DNA of 64,000 nucleotides. It comes from Mobula hypostoma. Taxonomy: Eukaryota. Below the pieces are notes generated by a model. The model made no database searches. It was given only the letters and a program-made list of their open reading frames with translations, and was not told the DNA's origin. This document shows positions 25,090 to 37,411 of the stretch, piece by piece (position 1 is the first letter of the stretch; each line of letters starts with the position of its first letter). The position numbers and the translations under genes were made by a program. Where the stretch lies: positions 183,770,001 to 183,834,000 of the forward strand of contig NC_086097.1 of the NCBI RefSeq assembly GCF_963921235.1, given 5' to 3'.

Positions 25090-28000
25090 TATATACAGGC
25101 CTCCTAACAGCTGCAGTGATGTGGACTACAAATTACAACAGGAAATAGAAAAGACTTGTCAGAAAGGAAGTGTTATGATAATTGTGGGGGATTTTAACAT
25201 GCGAGTGGATTGGGAAAATTAGGTCAGCACTGGATTTCAAGAGAGAGAATTTGTAGAATGTCAATGAGATGGCTTTTTAGAACAGCTTGTTGTTAAGTCC
25301 ACGAGGGGATTGGCTGTACTGGATTGGGTGTTGTGTAATGAACCAGAGGTGATTAGAGAGATTGAGGTGAAGGAACCATTAGGAGGCAGTGATCATAACA
25401 TGATTGAGTTCACTGTGAAATTTAAGAAAAAGAAGCCGAAATCTGGTGTGTCAGTATTTCAGAGGAATAAAGGAAATTACAGTGGCGTGAGAGAGGAACT
25501 GGCCAAAGTTGAATGGAAAGAGACACTAGCAGGAAGGATGGCAGAGCAGCAGTGGCTGGAGTTTATGTGAGAAGTGAGGAAGATGCAAGACAGGTATATT
25601 CCAAAAAAGAAGAAATTTTCGAATGGAAAAAGGATGCAACCGTGGCTGACTAGAGAAGTCAAAGCCAAAGTTAAAGCAAAGGAGAGGGCATACAAGGAAG
25701 CAAAAATTAGTGGGAAGGCAGAGGATTGGGAAGCTTTTAAAAGCTTACAAAAGGAAACTAAAATGGTCATTAAGAGGGAAAAGATGAACTATGAAAGGAA
25801 GCTAGCAAATAATATCAAAGAGGACACTAAAAGCTTTGTCAAGTATATAAAGAGTAAAAGACAGGTGAGAGTAGATATAGGACCGATAGAAAATGATGCT
25901 GGAGAAATTGTAATGTGAGATAAGGAGATGGCGGAGGAACTGAACGAGTATTTTGCATCAGTCTTCACTGAGGAAGACATCAGAAGTATACCGGACACAC
26001 AAGGGTGTCAAGGAAGAGAAGTGTGCGCAGTCACAATTACGACAGAGAAAGTACTCAGGAAGCTGAATAGTCTAAGGGTAGATGAATCTCCCGGACCAGA
26101 TGGAAGGCACCCTCGTGTACTGAAGGAAGTAGCTATGGAGATTGCGGAGGCATTAGCAATGATCTTTCAAAAGTCAATAGATTCTGGCATGGTTTCAGAG
26201 GACTGGAAGATTGGAAATGTCACTCCGCTATTTAAGAAGGGGGCAAGGAAGCAAAAAGGAAATTATAGACCTGTTAGCTTGACATCGGTGGTTGGGAAGT
26301 TGTTGGAGTCGATTGTCAAGGATGAGGTTACCAAGGACCTGGAGGCATATGACAACATAGGCAAAACTTAGCATGATTTCCTTAAAGGAAAATCCTACCT
26401 GACAAACCTATTGCAATTTTTTGAGGAAATTACAAGTAGGCTAGACAAGGGAGATGCAGTGGACGTTGTGTATTTGGATTTTCAGAAGGCCTTTGACAAG
26501 GTGCCGCACATGAGGCTACTTAACAAGATAAGAGCCCATGGAATTACGGGAAAGTTACATACATGGATAGAGTGTTGGCTGATTGGCAGGAAACAGAGAG
26601 TGGGAATAAAGGGATCCCATTCTAGTTGGCTGCTGGTTACCAGTGGTTTTCCACAGGGGTCCATGTTGGGGCCACTTCTTTTAACGTTGTACATCAACGA
26701 TTTGGATTATGGAATTGATGGCTTTGTGGCTAAGTTTTCTGATGATACAAAGATAGGTAGAGGGGCCAGTAGTGCTGAGGAAACAGAGAGTCTGCATAGA
26801 TACTTGGATAGATTGGGAGAATGGGCAAAGAAGTGGCAAATGAAATACAATGTTGGAAAGTGTATGGTTATGCACTTCAGTAGAAGAAATAAACAGGCAG
26901 ACTATTATTTAAAGGGGGAGAGAACTCAAAGTTCTGAGATGCAACGGGACTTGGGAGTCCTCGTGCAGGATACCCTTAAGGTTAACCTCCAGGTTGAGCC
27001 AGTGGTGAAGAAGGCAAATGGCATTCATTTCTAGAGGAACAGAGTATAGGAGCAGGGATGTGATGTTGAGGCTCTATAAGGCACTGGTAAGACCTCACTT
27101 AGAGTACTGTGTGCAGTTTTGGGCTCTTTATTTAAGAAAGGATGTGCTGACATTGGAGAGGGTTCAGAGAAGATTCACTAGAATGATTCTGGGAATAAGA
27201 GGGTTAACATTTGAGGAACGTTTGACCACTCTTGGACTGTACTCCTTGGAGTTTAGAAGAATGAAGGGGGACCTCATAGAAACATTTCGAATGTTAAAAG
27301 GCATGGACAGAGTGGATGTGGCAAAGTTGTTTCCCATGATGGGCGAGTCTAATACGAGAGGGCATGACTCAAGGATTGAAGGGCGCCCATTCAGAACAGA
27401 GGTGCGAAGAAATTTTTTTAGCCAGAGGGTGGTGAATGTGTGGAATTTGTTGCCACGGGCGGCAGCGGAGGTCAAGTCATTGGGTGTATTTAAAGCAGAG
27501 ATTGATAGGTATCTGAGTAGCCAGGGCATCAAAGGTTATGGTGAGAAGGCGGGGGAATGGGACTAAATAGGAGAATGGATCAGCTCATGATAAAATGGCG
27601 GAGCAGACTCGATGGGCCAAATGGCCGACCTCTGCTCATTTGTCTTATGGACTTAACTATACTTCAAGGGATATTAAGTGACTTGAAAATGTTCTTGGAT
27701 CCATCTCCTGACTTGTGTTTTTTAGTAACCTTTTTGCGGAGTTGCATGGATGTTCTTTTGTCTTCATGGTGTAGATTTTGCCAGGATACTGACTCACCTG
27801 CAGTTGAACCTTCCAGATACAGGTGTACTTTTGCTACAATCAATTGAAACACTTTGAGTGCACACAGGTGATCTCCATTTCACTAGTTATGTGACTTCGA
27901 AAATCAATTGGCTGCACCAGTATTGATTTGGTGTGTCATATTAAAAGGGGTGATTACTTAGGCAATTAATTATTTTGTGTTTATATTTGTACTTTGACAC

Positions 28001-28359
28001 GATAAAGTATTTTTCTGTTGATCAGTGTCAAAAAAGTCAAATTAAACCCACTGTGATTCAATGTTTTAAAACAATAAAACATGAAAACTTTTGGGGAAGT
28101 GAGGGTGAATACTTGTTATAGTCACTGTGTTGGATGGATCAATGTTCGTAATGTGCAGAATGAAAGCAACAGATGATGAAAATAAAATCCATATTTTCAA
28201 AGAAGAAATATTTTCATGAAATACACTTATGAAATATTTAAGATTGTGCCCTTTTGTGCTGGATTCTCTCTTCACAGGAACTAATGTATTTGTATATTAT
28301 CTGTTGATTGATCTTGTATGACTAATCTCACACATCAAATAAATATTTATGTTCATATA

Positions 28360-28461
28360 CAGAGAGAGATAGAGGTAGATAGATAGATAGAGGATAGATA
28401 GAGAGAGACAGAGAGGGAGAGAGAGAGAGAGATAGAGATAGAGAGAGAGAGAGAGAGAGAG
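28360..28461. repeat. (AG)n/(AGAT)n microsatellite
   Basis: Directly visible. Confidence 0.95.
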
Positions 28462-28469
28462 AACTATTT

Positions 28470-28800
28470 ACTTGATGGAGATGCAGTCAGAAACAGATGG
28501 CATGCTGACAAATCTCCTCATGATACCAAACGATAAAGATATCTTGTTTGGAGAAGTTATGCAGAAATCAGAAAATTACTATAATCCAAAACTATTGAAA
28601 AATAAAGAAAGCTGGAAGTTTAGGATACAAAGCCAGAAATGGCATGCAAAAAATAATAAATTCATCACTTTATTCATGAAATGCAATTGTAGTGCTTATT
28701 CAATTGGTTTATATGTGGACTATTATATAAAAATTTCAATAAACATAAAACCTGAGCTTTGAATTTTCATGTCAAGTTGCTGAGTCGATGGAAATGGCAT
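28470..28800 (+). mobile_element. Ancient Gypsy gag relic
   Basis: LTNLLMIPNDKDILFGEVMQKSENYYNPKLLKNKESWKF resembles K02A2.6-type Gag. Confidence 0.45.
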
Positions 28801-29679
28801 TCAAGAATGCAAAAGAATGTTGCCATCTGTTATCAGGGTAGATGCAGTCTACTATCAGGGAGCTGTAGTAATGCTCAAGACAATGAACAGATGTCCAAAG
28901 GCGCTGGTGCAACCAGAATAATCAGTTGCTTTTGTTGCAATTGCCATCATATCCCATAGTCTTTTTGCTCTAATTTCTGTAAAACGTCATCTGGGCAGTT
29001 TTCAGTGTGACAGTGTTTCTGTCAATGATACTTGCTTCATTATTGAATAGTCTACAGCAGAATCACATATCAATGCACTGGTCATTATTCCGACCTTTAA
29101 TCAGAAGTCTGTCTGTTTACCCCATTACTGTTTCTAAAGTAGCTACTGTGCAAAGTGAGAAGCTGGAATCTAAGATAAAAGCAGGAAATATTAGAAATAC
29201 TCACCAAATCAGGCAGCATTTGTGGAAAGAGAAAAAGACTTAATATTTTAGGCCTAAGACCTTTCATCAGAACTTTGATACCTGAATGAAGTTCTAAATA
29301 TTAACTATTCTTGTTTATTGTTCAAATTTACTTGAATAGCTTTTGTTATCTTCACTCTGAATCTCCAGACCATTAAAATGCAACTATTCTTTTAGTTACT
29401 GAAATATGTGACTATTCTAATCTGAAAACAGCCAGTATTTTTTCAACTATCTGTTGTGTGACTCATTGTATACAGCCACATGGTATTATAGCAAATTATG
29501 AAAGCAAGACTAAGAGAGACCACCTCATTAAATAAGCTTAATACACTGTTCAATAGATTTTTGCATAGCAGAGGAATTAAGAGTTATGGTGAAAAGGCAG
29601 GTAGGTGGGGATTTGAGTCATGGCCAGATGAGCTATGAGCTTATTAAATTGCAGAGCAACTTCGACAGGCCAGATGGCC

Positions 29680-29816
29680 TACTCCTGCTCCTATTACTCC
29701 TGCTCGAATTACTCCTGTTCCTATTACTCCTGCTCGAATTACTCCTGCTGCTATTACTCCTGCTACTATTACCCCTGCTCCTATTACTGCTGCTCAAATT
29801 ACTCCTGCTCCTATTA
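29680..29816 (+). repeat. 15-bp minisatellite (ACTCCTGCTCCTATT)n at the end of a CR1 3' fragment (~29550-29695)
   Basis: About nine tandem units that start at the CR1 terminal GGCCTACTCCTGCTCCTATT motif. Confidence 0.9.
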
Positions 29817-30779
29817 GTTATGTTCTTAACTTAAGCTAGATTAGAAGAATGTTTTCAGCATTGATGTCTCCAAATCATATCTTCAGACATTGATGCAAAT
29901 TTATGAAAATATGTTTGAAAATACCTAAACTGGCACAGCAGGGCACAAATGTTCATATTAGACCAAATTTTCTATCGCAAGTCCTTTATGTTCTGAAAGC
30001 CAAGCTGATGACCAGTCAAATGAATGGACAAAATCAATAGTAGTTTTACCAAAGGCAGAAAAAAAAGTGCAATAGTGTGGAGGCAGCAAGGTCACATTCA
30101 ATCAAGCAGCAAATAATGAACAACATCCATTTCACAAGAATTGTGCATGGTTAATACACCATATACCATATACAGTCAAACATATTCACAATTTGGACCC
30201 GACCTTTTGTCCACACCAGTTATGCAGAGAATAATCCACTCTATACAAGATTTTATTCATCATGGCCTGGAAAATATCAGAGTTGACTCCATGAGGTAAC
30301 CTTGTGTCAATAATTAGATGCTTCTCACCACCAATGTCAATAATCAATTATGCAAATATATGGGTACAGATCCTTAACAAGGAGGGGAGTGGGAAAGTGA
30401 ACCAGAGCTATTGTAACCAACCTGTAACAAGTGGGTTTTTTGGAACATGTGTGGACTTTGGATAAGAGCAAAGTGAGAGAAAAAAAACACGTGCTGAAGG
30501 AACTCAGTATGTCAAGCAACATTTGTGGAGGTAAGGGGAAATGACTTTGCCTTTGCTTCCTCAGAATTCGGAATAAGAATCAGCTTCATTTTCATTGAAA
30601 TGCAGTTTGTCACTCAGAAAGAAAAATAAAGAGAAAGAAATTGGAGGATTATTTTCATTTCTAACATCAAATTGCAGAGATACCACTGAAACAAAATCCC
30701 ATGGTCTTCCTTCCCGATTCAAGATTGTTTAATGTCATTTCCAGTATACAAGTGTAAAGGAGAAAGAAATAAGTGTTAC

Positions 30780-31433
30780 TGTGTTGCCCTTAAGGCATTA
30801 ATTTAACTTTATTAAATTTCCACTTTAAATAATTTGTTTGTAACTATTTTCTAGTTAAAGTTAAAAGTTAATAACTATGTTACAGTTTAACAAAGGTAAA
30901 ATTCATTGTCTATGGTATATCGCGGCATGTGATGATGTCACTTCCGGTTTCACCGCGTCTTGTGGGTAAATCCCGGTTCGGAGAAAGGAAAAAGGTGGGG
31001 TCCTGCGCGTGCAGCGTGAACGTGAAGAGCTCCGTTTCTACCCACAAAGAAACATTATAGAAGCAACGCTGTAAGTTCATATGACAGTAGACATGTTGAA
31101 GTAAAAATATTAACGTGGATTCTGTTAAAGGGAGCGGCGGTTGGAGCGGCGTACGTGGCGGCTTTTCAATTTCAAACGCGGGGTCGGCTCGAGTCCCCCT
31201 CCCTCCCCTGGGTGGCTGAAGACACTCGCTAAAAGAAAAAAGCATGCGTAGTCTCAAGAATGAAACAGACACTGTAAATGTTTGTATTTTTTTAATCAAC
31301 AGTTTTCACCATACGATGTTAATGTGGAAGAGTGAACAGTAAATGGTTAACCTTACTACGACCCTGTCTTCATTGGCTTCGGTTTAGCTTGGTGTTTAGT
31401 CAAAGTTTCAACACACTGCACAAGAACACTACA
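30780..31433 (+). repeat. BEL/Pao 5' LTR
   Basis: TGTGTTGCC...ACACTACA; direct repeat of 37412-37520 plus ~38259-38816. Confidence 0.95.
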
Positions 31434-31474
31434 GTGAAAAGGCGAAATCATTAGCTGTTTCGACAAGTGGTACG

Positions 31475-33944
31475 ATGGCTTCGCGATCAAGCACCAAGTT
31501 GTTTGCATCCAGCACCAAGAGGACGTCGACAAGTGTGGCTGCCCTTGCAAGAGGTAAAACAGAAGCCGCCAAGGTGCGAGCGTCATACGCTAACCAAGAG
31601 GCAAAACTGAAAATGGAAAAGGCTGCCAGAGAAAGGGAAAGTATCACAAGAGATGCACAAAACCAGTTGGAAAAAGCAAGGATAGATACAGAGTTAGAAG
31701 TGCTGATGCTACAACGAGAAGCTGATGTAGCTTCAGTGGATACCCAAGCGTTGGAAAACGCTGAAGAAATGCACGTTCTAGACAAAACATGAAAATCTAT
31801 GTCAGAGAGGGCCAAATTGGAATGCACCAGCGAATATGTCCAATCTCAAATTGACCTGCAGATTCCTTCTCCTTCTCCATACTTGCCTTTTGGCGTCCCT
31901 TCTCATGTGAAATCGCAGGGAAGTTTCATTGCATCGCGTCCACCTGGGGAAGACAACTCACAGTTGCAACCTTGCCACAAACTCAAGTATGAAAGGGCTG
32001 ACTACGAATACTTCCTGGCACCAAACTTACCAGATCTGGCGAGATCAGAGAGAAAGGCTGAAGTCAGAACATCAAATCCCATCATGAACGTACACGCTCA
32101 GTCATATGTTCCCCAACATATTCCCCCAGCTAGTACGCCACCTGCAGCAGAACCCTTGGCACAGTATTTAGCGCGACGAGACCTCGTCAATTCAGGACTG
32201 TACTAGTTTGACGATAAGCCTGAAAGTTACCATGCGTGGCACTCCTCATTCAGCAGTGCCACCGGCGGAGTCCAGCTCACAGCAACCCAAGAGTTGGACC
32301 TTATGACTAAATGGCTGGGAAAGGAATCAAGTGAACAGGTGAAACGCATACGCTCAGTGTTCGTCAACAACCCCAAGCTAGCCTTACACAAAGCATGGGA
32401 GAGACTTCGGGACTGCTATGCGGCCCCTGAAATTATTGAGAGGGCGCTATTTCAAAGGCTGGACAATTTTCCTAGGGTGTCAGCCAAGGACCACACTAAA
32501 TTACGAGAACTCGGAGATTTACTCATGGAGATTCAAGGTGCTAAAGAAGACGGCTATCTAATTAGCCTGTCATATCTGGATACTTCACGCGGAGTTGGTC
32601 TAATTGTGGACAAGCTTCCATTTGGGCTGCAGGAAAGATGGGTGTCTATTGGCTCAGGGTACAAGGAAGAGAACGGTGATCGATTCCCTCCCTTTGAGTA
32701 TTTTAGTAGGTTTGTGTGCAATGAGGCAAAGAAGCAAAATGACCCTAGCTTCATGAATCAAGGTAGCACCACAACTCACACCAAGCCAGTCAAATCCATT
32801 TTGAACAATCTTAACATCAATAAACCAATCTCAGTGCATAAAACCGAAGTCTCCGTAACCAACGATGATCCTAGCAAGAATTGTCCATTGCACAACAAAC
32901 CCCACCCCCTCAAAAAATGCAGAATGTTTAGAAAGAAACCCTTTGACGAAAGAAAGGCCCTTCTCAAGGAAAAAAGAATATGTTTTAAGTGCTGTTCCTC
33001 TACTTCCCACCTCGCTAAAGAGTGTACATCCCCCGTAAAGTGCTCAGAATGTAACAGCACTAATCACAATGGAGCCATACATCCTGGGCTGTCACCGCAA
33101 ACTGCCAAGGCTCCTCCGCTCCCTCAAGAGGATGATGGGGAGGGAGAGGATCACTCTGATACAATTATTGTCAGCTTGAGCTGCACAGAAGTTTGCAGTC
33201 CAGGTCAGTCAAGCCGCTCGTGCTCAAAGATCTGGTTCACTAAAGTATACCCTAAGGAAGCCAAAGACAAGGTCATCAAGGCTTATGTAATTCTGGATGA
33301 CCAGAGCAACCGCTCACTAGTGAGACCAGAATTCTTCGAGTTGTTCAGTGTAGAGAGTAATCCATTCCCATACTACCTCAGAACTTGCTCTGGCATCACA
33401 GAAGCATGTGGCAGGAAGGCAGAAGGCTTCCAGCTTAAGTCGCTGGATGGTAAAGTCGTCGGATGGTAAAGTCGTCATCAGTCTCCCTCCACTCTTAGAG
33501 TGCAATGAGATCTTAAATAACCGATCCGAGATTCCGACACCAAGCACAATGCTACACCAGCCCCATCTCCACAACATTGCCAAGCACGTCTCAGAACTGG
33601 ATCTGGAAGCAGAAATACTCCTGCTACTCGGAAGAGACATTCTTAGGGTGCACAAAGTCAGGCAGAAGGACAATGGAGCACACAACACCCCCTTTGCCCA
33701 ACGTCTGGATCTGGGCTGGGTGGTGATAGGGAAGGTGTGCCTTGGCAACGTACACAAACCGACAGTTAACATGCTCAAGGCTAATGTGCTAGAGAGTGGC
33801 CGCCATTCAAATTTTCAGCCCTCCACAAGCGTTATGTGTATCAAAGAAGCACAACAAAATCACAAGCATGGTAGAATAACTGAGAAGACACTGAGACAGT
33901 CAGTCTTCGCCCAAACTGAGCACAAAAATAAACTTGCTCCATCA
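31475..33944 (+). pseudogene. BEL/Pao gag-protease (broken polyprotein)
   Basis: Triple Cys/His knuckles CPLHNKPHPLKKC, CFKCCSSTSHLAKEC, CSECNSTNHNGAIH; protease YVILDDQSNRSL; LLLGRD and RLDLGWVVIG motifs; frameshift from a 16-bp duplication GGATGGTAAAGTCGTC (33445-33476). Confidence 0.92.
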
Positions 33945-35703
33945 TATTTTCACCATGGATGTTCAGTCCTTAAATACTTCCATCCCCCATCAGGATGGTC
34001 TCAAAGCTCTACGCTTCTTTTTGGATTCCAGACCTAATCAGTTCCCCTCTACCACAACTCTGCTTCGTCTAGCAGAATTAGTCCTTACTCTTAATAATTT
34101 CTCCTTTGGCTCCTCCCACTTCCTCCAAACTAAAGGTGTAGCTATGGGCACCCGTATGGGTCCTAGCTATGCCTGCTTTTTTGTTGGCTTTGTGGAACAA
34201 TCTACGTTCCGTGCCTTTTCTGGTATCTGTCCCCCACTTTTCCTTCGTTACATCGACGACTGCATTGGCACTGCTTCCTGCACGCATGCAGAACTCGTTG
34301 ACTTTATTAACTTTGCCTCCAACTTTCACCCTGCCCTCAAGTTTACCTGGTCCATTTCCGACACCTCCCTCCCCTTTCTAGATCTTTCTGTCTCTGTCTC
34401 TGGAGACAGCTTATCCACTGATGTCTACTATAAGCCTACTGACTCTCACAGCTATCTGGACTATTCCTCTTCTCACCCTGTCTCTTGCAAAAACGCCATC
34501 CCCTTCTCGCAATTCCTCCGTCTCTGCCGCATCTGCTCTCAGGATGAGGCTTTTCACTCTAGGACGAGGGAGATGTCTTCCTTTTTTAAAGAAAGGGGCT
34601 TCCCTTCCTCCACTATCAACTCTGCTCTTAAACGCATCTCCCCCATTTCACGTACATCTGTTCTCAATCCATCCTCCCGCCACCCAACTAGGAATAGGGT
34701 TCCCCTGGTCCTCACCTACCACCCCACCAGCCTTCGGGTCCAACATATTATTCTCCGTAACTTCCGCCACCTCCAACGGGATCCCACCACTAAGCACATC
34801 TTTCCCTCCCCCCTCTCTCTGCATTCCGCAGGGATCGCTCCCTACGCAACTCCCTTGTCCATTCGTCCCCCCATCCCTCCCCACTGATCTCCCTCCTGGC
34901 ACTTATCCGTGTAAGCGGAACAAGTGCTGCACATGCCCTTACACTTCCTCCCTTACCACCATTCAGGGCCCCAAACAGTCCTTCCAGGTGAGGCAACACT
35001 TCACCTGTGAGTTGGTTGGGGTGATATACTGCGTCCAGTGCTCCCGACGTGGCCTTTTATATATTGGCGAGACCCGACGCAGACTAGGAGACCGCTTTGC
35101 TGAACATCTACGCTCTGTCCGCCAGAGAAAGCAGGATCTCCCAGTGGCCACACATTTTAATTCCACATCCCATTCCCATTCTGACATGTCTATCCACAGC
35201 CTCCTCTACTGTAAAGATGAAGCCACACTCAGGTTGGAGGAACAACACCTTATATTCCGTCTGGGTAGCCTCCAACCTGATGGCATGAACATCGACTTCT
35301 CTAACTTCCGCTAAGGCCCCACCTCCCCCTCGTACCCCATCTGTTACTTATTTTTATGCACACATTCTTTCTCTCACTCTCCTTTTTCTCCCTCTGTCCC
35401 TCTGAATATACCTCTTGCCCATCCTCTGGGTCCCCCCCCCCTTGTCTTTCTTCCCGGACCTCCTGTCCCATGATCCTCTCGTATCCCCTTTTGCCTATCA
35501 TCTGTCCAGCTCTTGGCTCTATCCCTCCCCCTCCTGTCTTCTCCTATCATTTTGGATCTCCCCCTCCTCCTCCAACTTTCAAATCCCTTACTCACTCTTC
35601 CTTCAGTTAGTCCTGACGAAGGGTCTCGGCCTGAAACGTCGACTGTACCTCTTCCTAGAGATGCTGCCTGGCCTGCTGCGTTCACCAGCAACTTTGATGT
35701 GTG
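33945..35703 (+). mobile_element. Penelope-like element (RT + GIY-YIG; Neptune-like Cys linker), 5'-truncated, nested in BEL
   Basis: RT motifs TMDVQSL, GVAMGTRMGPSYA, RYIDD; linker CKRNKCCTC; EN GVIYCVQC..LYIGETRRRLGDRFAEH; direct repeat TTGCTCCATCA at 33934-33944 and 35704-35714. Confidence 0.95.
35608..35645 (+). ncRNA. Minimal type I hammerhead ribozyme in the Penelope pLTR
   Basis: TAGTC-CTGACGA-[AGGGTCTCGGCCT stem II]-GAAA-C-GTC-GACTG: complete core, stem I pairing, palindromic ACGT in place of stem III. Confidence 0.8.
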
Positions 35704-36179
35704 TTGCTCCATCAGTGGAAGATACCATCTTCTTAAAAATAATGGACACAAAGGTCTTTAGAGACAAAGCAAACAATTGGGTCGCCCCACTACTGTTCAG
35801 AGAACCACATTAGCACTTGCCAAACAACAAAGAACAGGCAGTCATGGAGGCCTTCCCACCCGATGACTAGGCTCCAGTCATCAAGGACCTAGATCTAGGT
35901 GGAGAAACTATACCCACACAAGGGAGTTTGGGTCACCTTTGGGAGATCATGACCGACACATTCACATTCTCCATGCCGACCACCAACAATCCATTCACCC
36001 GCTGTGGAGTTTTCGATCCCCTGGGTCTACTGGTGCCGTTAAGATCCAGGGAAGAGCCCTCCTCAGAGAACTTACCTCCGAGCTCTCCAACTGGGACACT
36101 CCGCTATCAGAGGACAAGCTAAGCGGATGGGAAGCTTGGAGAGATTCACTTCAAGACCTAAGACAGCCTCATTTCCCAC
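35704..36179 (+). pseudogene. BEL/Pao pol remnant (RT core deleted; post-RT/RNase H-proximal part)
   Basis: NNWVAPLLFREP..LPNNKEQAV joins directly to MEAFPPDD..DTFTF..FDPLG..WDTPL..WEAWRDSLQDL, with no YVDD RT core in between. Confidence 0.85.
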
Positions 36180-37311
36180 ATGGTGTTCCCCGCTCTCAGA
36201 AACCAGCCAAAGCAATAGAAACCTGGATTAGTCATGACAAGGAAGAACGAGCACAATACTTTGAGAACCTGCTATCCAGTTTAAAGGAAATTGGTGAAAT
36301 TGTCCATATTTACCCGATTGGAAAAGAAGACACTTGGACACACTCACTGGTAGTTTCTTTGCACCGTGATGATGATGCTATCAGTGTCAGTGGGCAAAAT
36401 CGATTGCGCCAGCAGATTACTGCTGCATGCAAGCATGGAAGTGACCTGCATGTGGTAGGTGACCCCATCCCATGACGGATGTGGAAGTGCAACATGGAGA
36501 CAATGGACCGGGAACAATGCGCATCACTGCCAAGAGATTGTCTTCAGCACACGCTTGTAGCCGTCCCAAGTGAAGATGCCATTTATTCATTAGGTGGGAA
36601 AACCCTTCGGGACACACCTTCCAGTGCTGTCATTATTATGTGGTCTGTGAGAATGTGTGGGCTGAAACTAATCAGCTGGAGACTGCAGGGTCTTGTGCAG
36701 CTGGTGCTAACCTTAATGGAACTATTTACCTACTGGGTGGGGAAGAGAATGACCTGGACTTCTTTACCAAACCATCTTGTCTCATGCAGTATTTTGACAC
36801 GCATTCCAGGACATGCCAGTTAAGTCATATCTTCTCCCTTTTTGCAGGCCGTAGGCATGCTACTATTCACAAGGACCTGATTTTTATAGGTGAGGGAGAT
36901 TCTCTGGTATGTTATAATCCACTGCTTGACAGCTTCACCAGACTGCGTTTCCCAGAGGTTTGGAGTCGTGTGCCCTCCCTGTGGAAGATTGCCAGCTGCA
37001 ACGGGTGTATTTATGTTTTCAGAGATAAGTGTAAAAAGGGTGATGCCAAAACATTAAAACTGAACCCAGCCACATGTGTAGTATCAGTAATAAGTGGAAT
37101 TGAGATATTGCTGACAAATTGCCAATTTGTTTTGGTGTGATTCTAACCAAGTACAGTAAACTGCAGTTTTTAGGATTTAATTTGTTGATGCACACAGTTA
37201 TTTTTTTTAAACTTCTGAAGATGACAACAAAATTTCAGTACTATGTTTGTTTTCTAAGACATTAATTGACCTAAACTATGTCAAGCTATTGTCATGTTCT
37301 ATTCCAGACTG
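36180..37311 (+). pseudogene. KBTBD4: Processed KBTBD4 fragment (end of BACK, Kelch domain, stop at 37140, ~170 nt apparent 3'UTR)
   Basis: GVPRSQKPAKAIETWISHDKEER..SLKEIGEIVHIY..ISVSGQN..QITAACKHG, DAIYSLGGKTL, AAGANLNGTIYLLGGEENDLDFFTKPS, EGDSLVCYNPLLDSFTRL, PSLWKIASCNG, LLTNCQFVLV* match recalled KBTBD4. Stop at 36473-36475 and a frameshift near 36640. Confidence 0.95.
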
Positions 37312-37411
37312 AAACCAGTTGCAGAGGTCGTTCTACTTCCACCTAAATCTAATCTAGAGACTAAAGTTCTATACCATGTTCGTAGTGACCTCACAAAGGT
37401 CAGGCGGGGAG

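Larger units (their letters stand above)
22452..27650 (+). mobile_element. CR1 LINE with ORF1 esterase and decayed ORF2, nested in Tc1
   Basis: ORF1 22452..22957; EN 23027..23458 resuming at ~25092 (YRPP); RT 26411..27034; C-terminus 27018..27566. Confidence 0.95.
21366..28127 (-). mobile_element. Tc1 transposon with long IR/DR-type TIRs, split by a CR1 insertion
   Basis: TA|CAGTG...CACTG ends; inverted repeats ~21366-21590 and ~27945-28127; transposase pieces HKSGDGSKNIFKSLNIP (27664..27852), LWSDETKIELFG (~22100-22135), QSPDS/LNPIENL (~21755-21790). Confidence 0.92.

Noticed and set aside
29680..29816. CRISPR-like array (also considered for 2376-2466)
   Set aside because: Head-to-tail tandem units with no unique spacers, no cas genes, and a eukaryotic context
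29586..29834. Poly-Leu and Cys/Tyr/Ser-rich ORFs
   Set aside because: Translations of the 15-bp minisatellite at a CR1 end
36180..37140. Functional KBTBD4 locus
   Set aside because: No BTB domain, has a stop and a frameshift, and lies between LTRs
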